From the IMG/VR virus record IMGVR_UViG_3300036823_000383, positions 1-64,000 of that record: a stretch of DNA of 64,000 nt; one strand, given 5' to 3'. Every line of letters starts with the position of its first letter. Within the stretch, counting starts at the first letter, position 1. The stretch comes from a virus. Positions 7,412 to 17,311 of the stretch are shown piece by piece. Position numbers and translations under genes: made by a program. The notes beneath the pieces are model-generated. The model made no database searches. It was not told the DNA's origin and was given only the letters and a program-made list of their open reading frames with translations.

Positions 7412-8369
7412 ATCCGCGGCTCTCGCGCGCCCCGACGAGCTCACCGTCCAGGAGATCATCGCGCGCGTGGACAAGGTCAAAGAGGTCCAGAAGGCGGTGA
7501 TGCGCGATGGCGTGCACTTCGGTGTGGTGCCTGGCATCAGCAAGCCGTCCCTACTCAAGCCGGGGGCGGAAATCCTCGGAATGGCGTTCCGCCTGGCGGC
7601 GAAGTTCGTCATCACCGAGACCTTCGACGGCCCGCACCTCACCGTAAAAGCGGAATGCAATCTGATCCACGCGCCGACGGGAGCGTTCCTCGGTCAGGGC
7701 TTCGGGTCGTGCTCGACGCGCGAGAGCAAGTACGCCTGGCGCAAGGGAGAGCGCGTGTGTCCCGACTGCGGCAAGCCGGCCATCATGAAGAGCAAGTACG
7801 GCGATAACGGGGCGCAGCCGGGGTGGTTCTGCTTTGCGAAGAAGGACGGCTGCAACGCGAAGTTCGCCGCCAACGACGATCGGATCACCAGCCAAATCGC
7901 CGGACGGATCCCGAACGAGGACGTCGCCGACACCTACAACACCGTCCTGAAGATGGCGATCAAGCGGTCGCACGTCGCCGCGATCCTCTTCGTCACCTGC
8001 GCGTCCGAGATCTTCACCCAGGACGTCGAGGACATGCCCCGGGAGCAGGCCGACGATGCTGGCGACCGTCCGCAGGAGGGCGCGCGTCCCCAGGATGCAC
8101 GGCAGCAGTCCGCTCCGCGGGGACAGCAGCAGAAGACCGGTCAGCGCCCGAACAACGATGCCTCGGCGCGCGTCTCGAGGCTCATCGCGGCGTACGGCGA
8201 CGCGATCTCGACGGAGCAGCTCCAGGAGCTCAACAACGAGCGCCAAGAGCTGTGGGCCAGCCTTGGCGCGAATGACAAGCGGACGCTGAAGAGCGCTGCC
8301 GACGGCGCCGAGCAGCGCATCCGCAACTGGGACGGCCAGGGGGCGACGGGCACGGACGGGAAGCTCTGA
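7371..8369 (+). CDS. Putative single-strand annealing protein (Rad52/Sak/ERF-like phage family)
   Basis: HFGVVPG..KPSLLKPGAE..G.GSCST.E.KY..NTVLKMAIKR..SEIFTQDVED; next to SbcCD; inserted CPDC zinc motif. Confidence 0.65.
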   Translation: MPMETQSTALTTTESAALARPDELTVQEIIARVDKVKEVQKAVMRDGVHFGVVPGISKPSLLKPGAEILGMAFRLAAKFVITETFDGPHLTVKAECNLIHAPTGAFLGQGFGSCSTRESKYAWRKGERVCPDCGKPAIMKSKYGDNGAQPGWFCFAKKDGCNAKFAANDDRITSQIAGRIPNEDVADTYNTVLKMAIKRSHVAAILFVTCASEIFTQDVEDMPREQADDAGDRPQEGARPQDARQQSAPRGQQQKTGQRPNNDASARVSRLIAAYGDAISTEQLQELNNERQELWASLGANDKRTLKSAADGAEQRIRNWDGQGATGTDGKL

Positions 8370-8680
8370 TGCCGTCGTTCTTTGTGAAGCAACCGGACGG
8401 GCGGCTCGCTCGCTTCTCGTCCGTCGTCGACGACTTCGTGGCGTTCGACATGACGGCAGAGGAGGCCGAGCAGCTCATCCTGGACGAACTCGTCGAGGTT
8501 GCCCGGGCAACCGCCAAAGCAGCCGTTAAGCGCGGTATCGACGATGAGCTCCCGCGGCACCACGGGGTCTACGGCGATGGTCAGGCGCGCTGGCGCGACG
8601 CGCTCGAGACGGTGGAGTCGATCCACGGCAAGAACGCCAGGGCGCAGCGCGAGCGGCGACGCCTCGGGAGCGATTCGTGA
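8369..8680 (+). CDS. Hypothetical phage protein
   Basis: FFVKQPDGRLARFSSVVDDF..MT.EEA; coupled ORF. Confidence 0.65.
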   Translation: MPSFFVKQPDGRLARFSSVVDDFVAFDMTAEEAEQLILDELVEVARATAKAAVKRGIDDELPRHHGVYGDGQARWRDALETVESIHGKNARAQRERRRLGSDS

Positions 8681-9852
8681 AGCTCGCGTTCGTCACCGAC
8701 AACCACTTCGACGAGGCGTCCCGCTTCGAGGAGACGATCCGCGTCCACGACTTCATCGCCGAGGACGCTGCGCGCCGGGGCTGCGAGGGAACGCTCCTCG
8801 GCGGGGATCTCTACGAGGGGAAGAGCAGCATCGCGGAGCGGAACGCGGCGGTCGCGTGGGTGCTGAAGATGGCGACGATCGGCCCCGTCGTCGGCGTCAA
8901 GGGCAACCACGAGATCGACGGGGACCTCGACGTCTTCAACCGGCTCCGTGGGCGCCATCCGATCCGGATCCACTCGGATCCCGACGTAGACCGCATCGGC
9001 GACGTGCTGATCGCGTGCGTGCCGTGGCCGCGGAAGGCCTCTCTGATCGCGAAGTACGGCCGGCTCGGGCTCGAGGAGAGCAACGCCAAGGCGACCGACT
9101 ACCTTCGTCAGGACTTCCGCGGGCTCGCCGAGGCTATGGACGCGCACGGGGACGCGCCGCGCATCGCGCTCGCGCACGTCATGATCGACCGAGCGACGAC
9201 GGACCACGACCAGCCGATCGTCGGCGCCGACATGGCCGTCTCGCTCGAGGAGCTCGGGCTGCTCCGAGCCCACTTCTACGCCTGCGGGCACGTGCACGCG
9301 CAGCAGGCGTTCCGCATCGGCGATGCCGATTGCATCTACGGGGGCGCGCCGAAGCACTGCAACTGGGGCGAGCCAGGCCCGAAGGGGTACGTGGTGCTCA
9401 ACGTCGAAGGCGGCCGAGTCGTCGGGTGGGAGCGGGTCGCGACCCCTGCGACGCCCATGGCGCTCGTCAACGCCACGTGGTCGGGCCCGTTGGGCCAGGA
9501 CGACGGCGGTCAGCCCCGGGGGTTCCGCGACATGAAGCGCGAGGCCTCCGTCTCCGGCGCCGAGGTCCGCGTGCGTTACGCCGTCGAAGTGAGCGACCGT
9601 GCGGTCGCCAGTCGCGCCGCCGAGGAGTATCGCGCCGAGCTCCTCGCGAACGGCGCAGTGAGCGTCATCCTCGAGGAAGAGGTCATCGCGACGACGCGCG
9701 CCCGCGTCCCCGAGATCACGAGCGCCCTGACGATCGCCGAGAAGCTCTCGACGCTTTGGGCTGCGCGCGGCGAGGAGATTCCGGCGCCGGCGCGCGAGCG
9801 GCTGTTCACGAAGGTGACTGCTCTGGAGGAGGAAGCCCGTGCTGCAGCTTGA
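8677..9852 (+). CDS. sbcD: SbcD/Mre11-like metallophosphoesterase nuclease
   Basis: DxH, GDLY, GNHE, AH, GHVH motifs. Confidence 0.92.
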   Translation: MKLAFVTDNHFDEASRFEETIRVHDFIAEDAARRGCEGTLLGGDLYEGKSSIAERNAAVAWVLKMATIGPVVGVKGNHEIDGDLDVFNRLRGRHPIRIHSDPDVDRIGDVLIACVPWPRKASLIAKYGRLGLEESNAKATDYLRQDFRGLAEAMDAHGDAPRIALAHVMIDRATTDHDQPIVGADMAVSLEELGLLRAHFYACGHVHAQQAFRIGDADCIYGGAPKHCNWGEPGPKGYVVLNVEGGRVVGWERVATPATPMALVNATWSGPLGQDDGGQPRGFRDMKREASVSGAEVRVRYAVEVSDRAVASRAAEEYRAELLANGAVSVILEEEVIATTRARVPEITSALTIAEKLSTLWAARGEEIPAPARERLFTKVTALEEEARAAA

Positions 9853-12286
9853 GCGCGTCGAGTATCACAACGTCGGTCCGTTCTCGGACTTCGTCGTCGA
9901 TCTGTCGAAGTACGCCGACAAGCTCCTGATCGCCGTCTGCGGCGAAAACGGGGTGGGGAAGTCCTTCTTCCTCGAGTCCGCGTTCGCCGGTGCGATGTAT
10001 CGGACGATGCCCACTCAGGGCACGCTCGTGAAGCGAGCCACGGCGAAGGACTCGTGGATGCAATCCACGCTCGTGAACGGTGCTACGCGGACGTTTCGGC
10101 ATGTCCTCGACGGCGTGTCCGGCAAGTCCGAGGCCGTCGTCCTCGACGAGCATGGCATCTCGGTCCTGCCGGACTCGAAGGTGCGGTCGTTCGACGCTTG
10201 GGCGGCGAAGCACTGCCCGCCGCCGGAGGTCACGTTCGCCTCGCTCTTCGCCGCGCAGAACTCATCGGGGTTCCTCGGCGCGAAGCCCGCTGAGCGCAAG
10301 GCCATCCTGCTCCGGGTGCTCGGCATCGAGCGGCTCGAGCTCCTCGCCGCTCGCGCCCGCGAGCACGTCCGCGACACGCGGGTTGCGATCAACACGCTCA
10401 CCAGCCGGATCGACGACGAGAAGCGGCGCGCCACCGGCGATCCGGCCGAGATCGAGAAGGAATTAGACGCAGCTCGAGCCGGCGTCGCGACCGCTGAGCA
10501 GTCCCTTGTCGCCGCCCGTGCTGCTGTCGATGCCGCGCGAGCGGGCGCCGTGCTCATCGAGCAGCGGACCTGGGAGTTCAACGCCGTCCGAGACCGCCGT
10601 GAGGAACTCTTTACACGCCTTGCGGCGAAGCGCTCGGAGATCGCTGACATCGAGGAACGGATCGCCAACAACCGGAACATCCTCATCGACGCGGTGAAGA
10701 TCCGCGCGGCAGAGACTCGGCTCGTCGAACTCCGCGCCGAAGCTGCATCGCTCGAGACGTCGGTTCGGACGCACGAAGTCGCTCGCCTTACCGCGGTGCG
10801 GGAGCGCGACGGGCACGAGCGTTCGCGAGTCGCCGCAGAGGGCAGGGCAGCCGACGCGCGGGCTCGGCGCGCTCGGGCCGAGAAGCGGCTCGCGGATCGG
10901 TCGGTCATCGAGGAGGCCGCCCGCGTCCTCCCAGCCCGGCGTGAGGCGCTCGCGTCCGCGACGGAGGCCGTCGAAGCAGCTCGTCAGGCGCTCGAGGAGC
11001 TCCGCGGGCAGCGCCTCGACGGCGCCGCGGAGCGGATCGGTTCGCTCCGCCAGGGTCTGACGAACATCGCCGGGGATTGGGAACCGGACACGGGACTCGA
11101 TTACGCCAAGCAGGAAGCACTCAATCGCCTCTCACTCGATGACGATGCGGTCGAGGAGGCGAGAGAATTCCCAGCCCGGCTCCGAGCTGCCGAGCAGGCC
11201 GTCCGCGAGGCGGATGACGCCAGGGCGCACGAGGAAATCGCCGTCCGTCGGTTCGAGCCACTCGCGGCCCGCGTCAGCGATCTGGCTGCTGCCGAGCAGG
11301 ATACGAAGGACGCTGACGAGGCGGCGAACAAGGCCATCGAGGAGGCCGACGCCGCGAGAGTCGCCCGAGGACTGGCGGATGCGACGGCCGTGGACCGTGA
11401 GGAGCAGCGTGCCGCCGCGCAGGCCCGGGTGGTGGTGCTCGACCAGGAGATCGCCGTCGCCGTTCCGCTGGCCGCGCGAGTGACGAAGCTCGCCGAAGCA
11501 ACGGCGCGCATCGCGACCCACGAGCAACGTCTCGCGTCCGTCCGAGCGGAGCTCGCTCAGATCGATACCGACCTGACGGCCACACCCGAGCCGTCGGCGC
11601 CTCCCCCGATTCCCGACGTCGCTGCGTGCGCGTCAGCCGCGGACGCCGCGGAGAGCGAGGCGAGGCGCGCCGCGACGTCAGTCGCAGCCCTGGAGCAGCG
11701 TCTCGCGGACGCCCGCGCCTCCGAGGAGCGCCTCGCCGTTCTCACGAACGAACGAGGGGAGCACGACGACGAGCTCGCGGAGTGGACCCGGCTCGCCGCG
11801 GACATCGGGCGGGACGGCATCCAGGCGCTCGAGATCGACGCCGCCGGGCCCGAGCTCACGGAGATGGTGAACGACCTGCTCCATTCGTGCTTCGGCACTC
11901 GCTGGACGATATCCATCGAGACAACGCGGCTCTCGGCCGACGGCAAGCGTCAGCTCGAAGGCTGCGAGGTGATGGTGATCGACACGGTGTCCGGGCGCAC
12001 CGCCGAGGCGGCCGACTTCAGCGGCGGTGAGAAAGCCATTCTTGAGACGGCGACGAGTCTCGGCCTGATGATGCTCGCCTGCAAGCGGGCGGGGTCGAAG
12101 GACTGCACTCTCGTCCGTGACGAGTCCGGCGCGGCCGTCTCGAAGGGCAACGTGCGGGCCTACGTGGCGATGCTCCGGCGGGCCGCGGAGCGTGTCGGCG
12201 CGCGTCACGTCCTGCTCGTCTCGCACGTGCCCGAGGTGGTCGAGCTGTGCGACGACCGCATCAACATCCCGAGAGCGGCGGCGTGA
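9839..12286 (+). CDS. sbcC: SbcC/Rad50-like SMC ATPase
   Basis: Walker A GENGVGKS, Q-loop, long coiled coil, FSGGEK signature, Walker B LVRDE, VSH. Confidence 0.92.
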   Translation: MLQLERVEYHNVGPFSDFVVDLSKYADKLLIAVCGENGVGKSFFLESAFAGAMYRTMPTQGTLVKRATAKDSWMQSTLVNGATRTFRHVLDGVSGKSEAVVLDEHGISVLPDSKVRSFDAWAAKHCPPPEVTFASLFAAQNSSGFLGAKPAERKAILLRVLGIERLELLAARAREHVRDTRVAINTLTSRIDDEKRRATGDPAEIEKELDAARAGVATAEQSLVAARAAVDAARAGAVLIEQRTWEFNAVRDRREELFTRLAAKRSEIADIEERIANNRNILIDAVKIRAAETRLVELRAEAASLETSVRTHEVARLTAVRERDGHERSRVAAEGRAADARARRARAEKRLADRSVIEEAARVLPARREALASATEAVEAARQALEELRGQRLDGAAERIGSLRQGLTNIAGDWEPDTGLDYAKQEALNRLSLDDDAVEEAREFPARLRAAEQAVREADDARAHEEIAVRRFEPLAARVSDLAAAEQDTKDADEAANKAIEEADAARVARGLADATAVDREEQRAAAQARVVVLDQEIAVAVPLAARVTKLAEATARIATHEQRLASVRAELAQIDTDLTATPEPSAPPPIPDVAACASAADAAESEARRAATSVAALEQRLADARASEERLAVLTNERGEHDDELAEWTRLAADIGRDGIQALEIDAAGPELTEMVNDLLHSCFGTRWTISIETTRLSADGKRQLEGCEVMVIDTVSGRTAEAADFSGGEKAILETATSLGLMMLACKRAGSKDCTLVRDESGAAVSKGNVRAYVAMLRRAAERVGARHVLLVSHVPEVVELCDDRINIPRAAA

Positions 12287-12471
12287 ACGCGCAGTGGTTC
12301 GAAGTGACGACGGTTCTCGGCAAGACGTTCCGCGTGCTCGTCGTCAACGAGCGCGTTGCCGCGACGACGTGTCCGGAGGAGGCCGACGTCGGGTCGCTCT
12401 GGGCGGACGAGTGCCGCGACTTCGACCTGGCGGGCTGGACCGTGCGCCAGCTCCCGAGGGATCGGTCGTGA
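12283..12471 (+). CDS. Small hypothetical protein
   Basis: GTGA-coupled. Confidence 0.5.
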   Translation: MNAQWFEVTTVLGKTFRVLVVNERVAATTCPEEADVGSLWADECRDFDLAGWTVRQLPRDRS

Positions 12472-12659
12472 CCTGGTTCCGCTGCACCTGGGTCGACCGG
12501 TGCGAGACGTACGTCCGCATGGTCGCGGTTGCCGAAGGCCGCATCGCGGGCAGCGACATCGCTTACCCGTTCGGATTCGGCAGGGAGTGGAAGGAGGCCA
12601 GCGCCTTCGCTCTCCGGATGGGGTGGACGATCGAGCGTCTCGAGCCGGCCGAGGAATGA
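12468..12659 (+). CDS. Small hypothetical protein
   Basis: GTGA-coupled; same G-W-T-V/I C-terminal pattern as the preceding ORF. Confidence 0.5.
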   Translation: MTWFRCTWVDRCETYVRMVAVAEGRIAGSDIAYPFGFGREWKEASAFALRMGWTIERLEPAEE

Positions 12660-13033
12660 ACAAGAAGTGGCTCCTATCCAAGGACATCTACGGTCGCGAG
12701 CACGACCCGATCACGCGCGAGCGCGATCCCGAATCCGATCCGAAGCACCTCGCGTGGATCCGTTCGCTCCCGTGCGCTGTGCTCGCACATCCGTTGCCAG
12801 GCTCGACGCGGTGCCGCTTCCCGGTCGAGGCGCATCATCCGACGGGGGCAGGCCTGGCACTACGCGATGGGGACGCGGGCGCGATCCCGCTGTGCGGAAA
12901 ACATCATCGCGAGGAGCTGCACCTCTTCGCCGGATCGTTCCTCGGCTGGTCGAAAGAACGCATCCACGAGTGGGAGCGCGCGATGTCTGACTTGTACGAG
13001 CGCCTTGGGGTGCTGCGAAGGGAACTGCGATGA
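12656..13033 (+). CDS. DUF968/HNH-like zinc nuclease-fold protein
   Basis: KHLAWIRSLPC..EAHH..G.G..D..AIPLCGKHH..LH. Confidence 0.78.
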   Translation: MNKKWLLSKDIYGREHDPITRERDPESDPKHLAWIRSLPCAVLAHPLPGSTRCRFPVEAHHPTGAGLALRDGDAGAIPLCGKHHREELHLFAGSFLGWSKERIHEWERAMSDLYERLGVLRRELR

Positions 13034-13935
13034 GCGAACGAGCCGGCTACCTCCACGTCCACGACATGAGCGTGCACGTGTGGGAGGACACCGTCGAAGA
13101 GAAGGGGATCCGTGAAGTGTACGGTTCGATCCTCGCTGGCCTCCGAGGAAGGGGCTTCGCGACGAGACGCGACCCCGACGTGGAAAGGAGATGGCCCACG
13201 CTCGCCCCGTGGAATCACGTGGGCGAGAAGCGTGGCATCGAGTTCCACGCGAACACCTCGGGGCGGCACATCGAGCTGAGCTTCTTTCAAAACGTCAACC
13301 GCGGGCCGAACCCGAACTCCAACGGGGGCCGCTACGACTTCGACAAGTTCGCTCGACTGCCTCGGTACATGCGTCTGCACGCCGTCGCCGAAGTCGTGGC
13401 GGTGCTTGAGAAGCTGCGCCTGAACTATGGCTACGCGCTGAGCGCCGCACTCCGGAGCTCTGAGCCACTCGGGCGCGCCGTACTCCGCGTGCAGGAAGGT
13501 CGCCTCGACGAGGGCGATGCACTTGGCGCGTTCAACCGTTCGTGGTCGGCAGATCGTTTCGTCCGTGGCCCGGACGGCTGGCCCGCGAAGAGCGAGTTCA
13601 AGTCGTGGCCCTACTACGACCGAGACGGCATCGAGCTGCAGAGCGGTGACGTCCGGTACGCTCGCGTCGATGGGCGGCTCGTCCGTGGGACGGCGCACCC
13701 CGGCGTAAACGGGCAGTGGTTCCTCGTCTCACACGGCGAAAGCCTCGGCTCGCACCTGCACGCGAAGGCCCTCTTTCGGTGCGAGCACCCGGAGCTGGAG
13801 CCACGACGCCTCGTCCTGGGGCAGCCCGAGCGGCTTCATCGTGAGCTCGAAAAGCTGACCAAGGCGCGGTCGTATCGGCGAGTTGCCGCCGTGGGTGCGA
13901 CGCTCGCCCGCCTCGAATCGGGAGCGGCAGCGTGA
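13030..13935 (+). CDS. Hypothetical phage protein
   Basis: 301-aa ORF coupled at both ends; NGGRYDFDK motif. Confidence 0.7.
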   Translation: MSERAGYLHVHDMSVHVWEDTVEEKGIREVYGSILAGLRGRGFATRRDPDVERRWPTLAPWNHVGEKRGIEFHANTSGRHIELSFFQNVNRGPNPNSNGGRYDFDKFARLPRYMRLHAVAEVVAVLEKLRLNYGYALSAALRSSEPLGRAVLRVQEGRLDEGDALGAFNRSWSADRFVRGPDGWPAKSEFKSWPYYDRDGIELQSGDVRYARVDGRLVRGTAHPGVNGQWFLVSHGESLGSHLHAKALFRCEHPELEPRRLVLGQPERLHRELEKLTKARSYRRVAAVGATLARLESGAAA

Positions 13936-15521
13936 GACCTCCTGTCCTACGCGCCACGTTCGAGCCCACCGAGATGCTCGTCGACAACTTCGCCGGGGGC
14001 GGCGGGGCGTCCGAGGGTATCAAACGCGCCGTCCGCGCCCCGGACGTCGCGATCAATCACAACCCGGTCGCGCTCGCGATGCACCGCGCGAACCATCCAG
14101 AGACGCGGCACTACTGCGAAGACATCTGGGCAGCGGAGCCGCGCGAGGTGTGCTCCGGGCGTCGCGTCGGTTGGATCTGGTTCTCGCCCGACTGCACGTT
14201 CTTCTCAAAGGCTCGCGGAGCGAAGCCGATGCGGGACGCCGAGAGACGCGTGCGCGGGCTGGCATGGGTCGTTCCTCGCTGGATCCGAGCGGTGTGGCCT
14301 CGCGGGTTCCTGCTCGAAAACGTCGAAGAGTTCGAGGATTGGGGACCGCTCGGAGAAGATGGGCTTCCTGACAAGGGGCGCGCCGGGCGCACGTTCCGCG
14401 CGTGGGTCGCGCAGATCCGCGGGCTTGGGTACGCCGTCGAGTGGCGTCAACTCGTTTGCGCGGACTACGGCTCGCCGACTACTCGAAAGCGGCTGTACCT
14501 CATCGGTCGCCGCGACGGTCAGCCGATCGTTTGGCCGGAGCCGACGCACGGAAAGCATCGTCCGCAGCCGTGGCGCGCGACGTCCGAGATCATCGATTGG
14601 AGCCTCCCCGTCCGGTCGGTCTTCGGTCGCAAGAAACCGCTGGCGGAAGCGACGATGCGTCGAATCGCGAAGGGCCTGCAGCGCTACGTCGTCAATGCGC
14701 CGAACCCGTTCGTGATTCCCGTGACGCACCAGGGTGACTCCCGCGTGTATTCGATCGACGGTCCGTTGCCCACGGTGACGGGCGCGCACCGCGGCGAGCT
14801 TGCTCTGGTCAATCCGTTCGTCGTTCGGACCGGGCACTACTCCACCAAAACGGGCGCCGGCATCGAAGAAGGGCGCGGATGCGGCACCTTCCGGGGGCAG
14901 CCTCTCGACACGCCCCTCGGGACGATCTGCCGAACGAATGACAAGAACCTCGTCTGTCCGATTATCACGAAGCACTACGGCGACCCGGACCGAGTCGCTG
15001 GAGGCGGGACCGTAGTCGGGCACTCCGTCGATCGCCCGCTCGGGACGGTGACGTCACGGGACCACCACTCGCTGACAACGGCCTGGCTCACGAAGTACTA
15101 CGGCACGGCAACCGGCTCGTCGATGGACGCGCCGCTGCCCACGATCACTGCGAACGATCGCGGGGGCGGCCACCTCGCCGAGGTCCGGGCCTTCCTGATC
15201 AAGTACTACGGCGCGCAGTCCGGACAGCAGCAAAGCCTGTTCGACCCACTGCACACGGTGACGAGCAAGGCGCGCTTCGCCCTCGTGACGGTGTACGGGG
15301 AACTCTACGAGATCGTCGACATTGGGATGCGAATGCTGGCGCCTCGCGAGCTGTTCAGCGCGCAAGGCTTCGGCCCCGAGTACATCATCGATCTGGAGCA
15401 CAACGGGAAGCGGCTCACGAAAAGTGACCAGACAGAGCTCTGCGGCAACAGCCAGAGCCCCGACGTCGCCGAGGCACTCCTCGCGGCAAACACGGGACGG
15501 ACCAGGTCGGTGGCAGCGTGA
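13932..15521 (+). CDS. DNA (cytosine-5) methyltransferase
   Basis: DNFAGGGG, SPDC, LENVEEF, RKRLY, C-terminal GNS; five internal PLxT(V/I) repeats. Confidence 0.93.
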   Translation: MRPPVLRATFEPTEMLVDNFAGGGGASEGIKRAVRAPDVAINHNPVALAMHRANHPETRHYCEDIWAAEPREVCSGRRVGWIWFSPDCTFFSKARGAKPMRDAERRVRGLAWVVPRWIRAVWPRGFLLENVEEFEDWGPLGEDGLPDKGRAGRTFRAWVAQIRGLGYAVEWRQLVCADYGSPTTRKRLYLIGRRDGQPIVWPEPTHGKHRPQPWRATSEIIDWSLPVRSVFGRKKPLAEATMRRIAKGLQRYVVNAPNPFVIPVTHQGDSRVYSIDGPLPTVTGAHRGELALVNPFVVRTGHYSTKTGAGIEEGRGCGTFRGQPLDTPLGTICRTNDKNLVCPIITKHYGDPDRVAGGGTVVGHSVDRPLGTVTSRDHHSLTTAWLTKYYGTATGSSMDAPLPTITANDRGGGHLAEVRAFLIKYYGAQSGQQQSLFDPLHTVTSKARFALVTVYGELYEIVDIGMRMLAPRELFSAQGFGPEYIIDLEHNGKRLTKSDQTELCGNSQSPDVAEALLAANTGRTRSVAA

Positions 15522-16327
15522 TCGCCTCCGTCTGCCAGCGCTGGCGCGATCGCGCGGGCTCCTACCGCCCTGCGGGCGAGCCCATCCGGACGAGCGCGTA
15601 CGACGTTGCAGAGATCACGACGGACCGGGAGGCGCGCGCCTTCGTCGAGCGGCACCACTATAGCGGCTCGTACCCGGCGGCCCTGCGGCGCTTCGGGCTC
15701 TACCGTGGCGCCGAGCTCGTCGGCGTGGCCGTGCTGTCACAGCCCGCGAGCCAGGCCGCGCTCGATGCCGCGCTCCCATTCGCCGACGACGGCCGCGCGG
15801 AGCTCGGGCGCTTCGTGCTCCTCGACGAGGTCCCCGCGAACGGGGAGAGCTGGTTCCTTGCCCGCTGCTTCGAGCTGGCGCGCCGTGAGGGGTTCGTCGC
15901 CATCGTGGCGCACTCCGACCCCGAGCCGCGTCGCGCCGCCGGTGCCGTCGTCTTCGTCGGGCACATCGGCACGATCTACCAGGCGACGAACGCGACCTAC
16001 GTGGGGCGCACGGCGCGCCGCACGCGGCGGATGTTCGCCGACGGTACCGTTCTGTCGGACGCGGCGCTCTCGAAGCTCCGTAGTCGACGGAAGGGCTGGC
16101 GCTACGCGACGGAGCTCCTCATGGCGCACGGCGCGCCCCCGCCGGCTCGAGAGCTCATGCCCGGCGCGGACTGGCGTGCATGGGTGCGTGAGGCCGTAGA
16201 CGCCACCACGACCGCCTTCCGACACGGCGGCAACCATCGCTACGTGTGGGCGCTCGATCGCCGCCTGCGGCGCGCGCTTCCCGCATCGATGGCGTACCCG
16301 AAGTGGGAAAGCGCGGTGGCAGCGTGA
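15518..16327 (+). CDS. Mom-family DNA modification protein (adenine methylcarbamoylation, GNAT fold)
   Basis: FVERHHYS, ELGRFVLLD.VP.N.ESWFLA, SDP, GHIGTIYQATN. Confidence 0.85.
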   Translation: MIASVCQRWRDRAGSYRPAGEPIRTSAYDVAEITTDREARAFVERHHYSGSYPAALRRFGLYRGAELVGVAVLSQPASQAALDAALPFADDGRAELGRFVLLDEVPANGESWFLARCFELARREGFVAIVAHSDPEPRRAAGAVVFVGHIGTIYQATNATYVGRTARRTRRMFADGTVLSDAALSKLRSRRKGWRYATELLMAHGAPPPARELMPGADWRAWVREAVDATTTAFRHGGNHRYVWALDRRLRRALPASMAYPKWESAVAA

Positions 16328-16347
16328 AGGTCGAGTGGATGAACGGG

Positions 16348-17142
16348 CTATTCCTCATCTTCCACGTCCGTCTTTTCGCGTTCAGCCGCGGCGGATTCGT
16401 CAGCCATTTTGTCTATGGCCTGCTTGAAACGCTGACCCGCCTTGACTTCCTCAGCAGTAAGCGGTCGCCCGGCCCTCTCCATTTCGAGAAGGTCGATCAT
16501 GGCATGGCGCTTGAACCTCTCCGTCTTTGTGGGGTCTCGCAAGAGCCTGAGAATCAAATCACCGTCGCTTTTCGGTGGCGTGCGCTCTCTTCGAAGCGCA
16601 CGAACGGTCTCGAGAATCTCCTTCAGCATGTCGTCCGTTTGCCGAGGAGGCGGCGCATCCGGTGCATCGCCCAGGTTGGCGAGAACATTCTCCAGTGTTG
16701 GCCACGCGCCGTTGAACAGGCGCTCCAGTCGAGCATCCGGCAATGGATCGGGAAGCTGCGAGTTGATGGTGCGGATCAACTCCAGCGTGCCTTCCTTCGT
16801 CGCCTTCTTGATCTGAAACTGCGTCAGCGGACCCGGCTCGAGGTCCTCGGTCTCCATGCGCACGAGGTACGGGCAAACAAGCGCGGCGTCGAACTGCTTC
16901 GCGAGTGCGCCCGCCTCGAAGAGCAACCACGGCTGCCGCTGGTTCTCGGGTGTTACGACGAGGATGCCGACCTTGGATTCCGCGAGCACCGTGGCGACCT
17001 GGTCGCTCCATCGCGCACCAGCGCGGATCCCTTCAGAGGACATCCATGGCTTCGCCGCCTGGAGAACGTCCCCGATCCACGTATGCAGCTCCTTCGCAAC
17101 CGTTTGGCTGCGCCCCTTCGACCAGCTGATGAAAACCCTCAT
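16348..17142 (-). CDS. TIR domain protein (inverted moron)
   Basis: VFISWS...W.S..I..G.RW..L..SKVGI..TPEN..PWLLFEAGAL with catalytic Glu; PL.QFQ. Confidence 0.9.
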   Translation of the reverse strand: MRVFISWSKGRSQTVAKELHTWIGDVLQAAKPWMSSEGIRAGARWSDQVATVLAESKVGILVVTPENQRQPWLLFEAGALAKQFDAALVCPYLVRMETEDLEPGPLTQFQIKKATKEGTLELIRTINSQLPDPLPDARLERLFNGAWPTLENVLANLGDAPDAPPPRQTDDMLKEILETVRALRRERTPPKSDGDLILRLLRDPTKTERFKRHAMIDLLEMERAGRPLTAEEVKAGQRFKQAIDKMADESAAAEREKTDVEDEE

Positions 17143-17311
17143 TATCGCGGAGCGTACCGCGGACAGTTCCCCTCGCGAACACTTCCGGAGCAACCGGCAT
17201 GAAAAGCCTTCGAATCTCGTTGGAGATGTTCGCCGAAGAGCTCGAAGACGACCGCGACGAGGCAGAGGCGTGGCGCGAGGAGACGACGGAGCTGCTCAAG
17301 GAGACCGAGCC

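Noticed and set aside
16348-17142. Complete Thoeris/CBASS/Pycsar system
   Set aside because: No effector or cyclase gene adjacent; only a lone TIR
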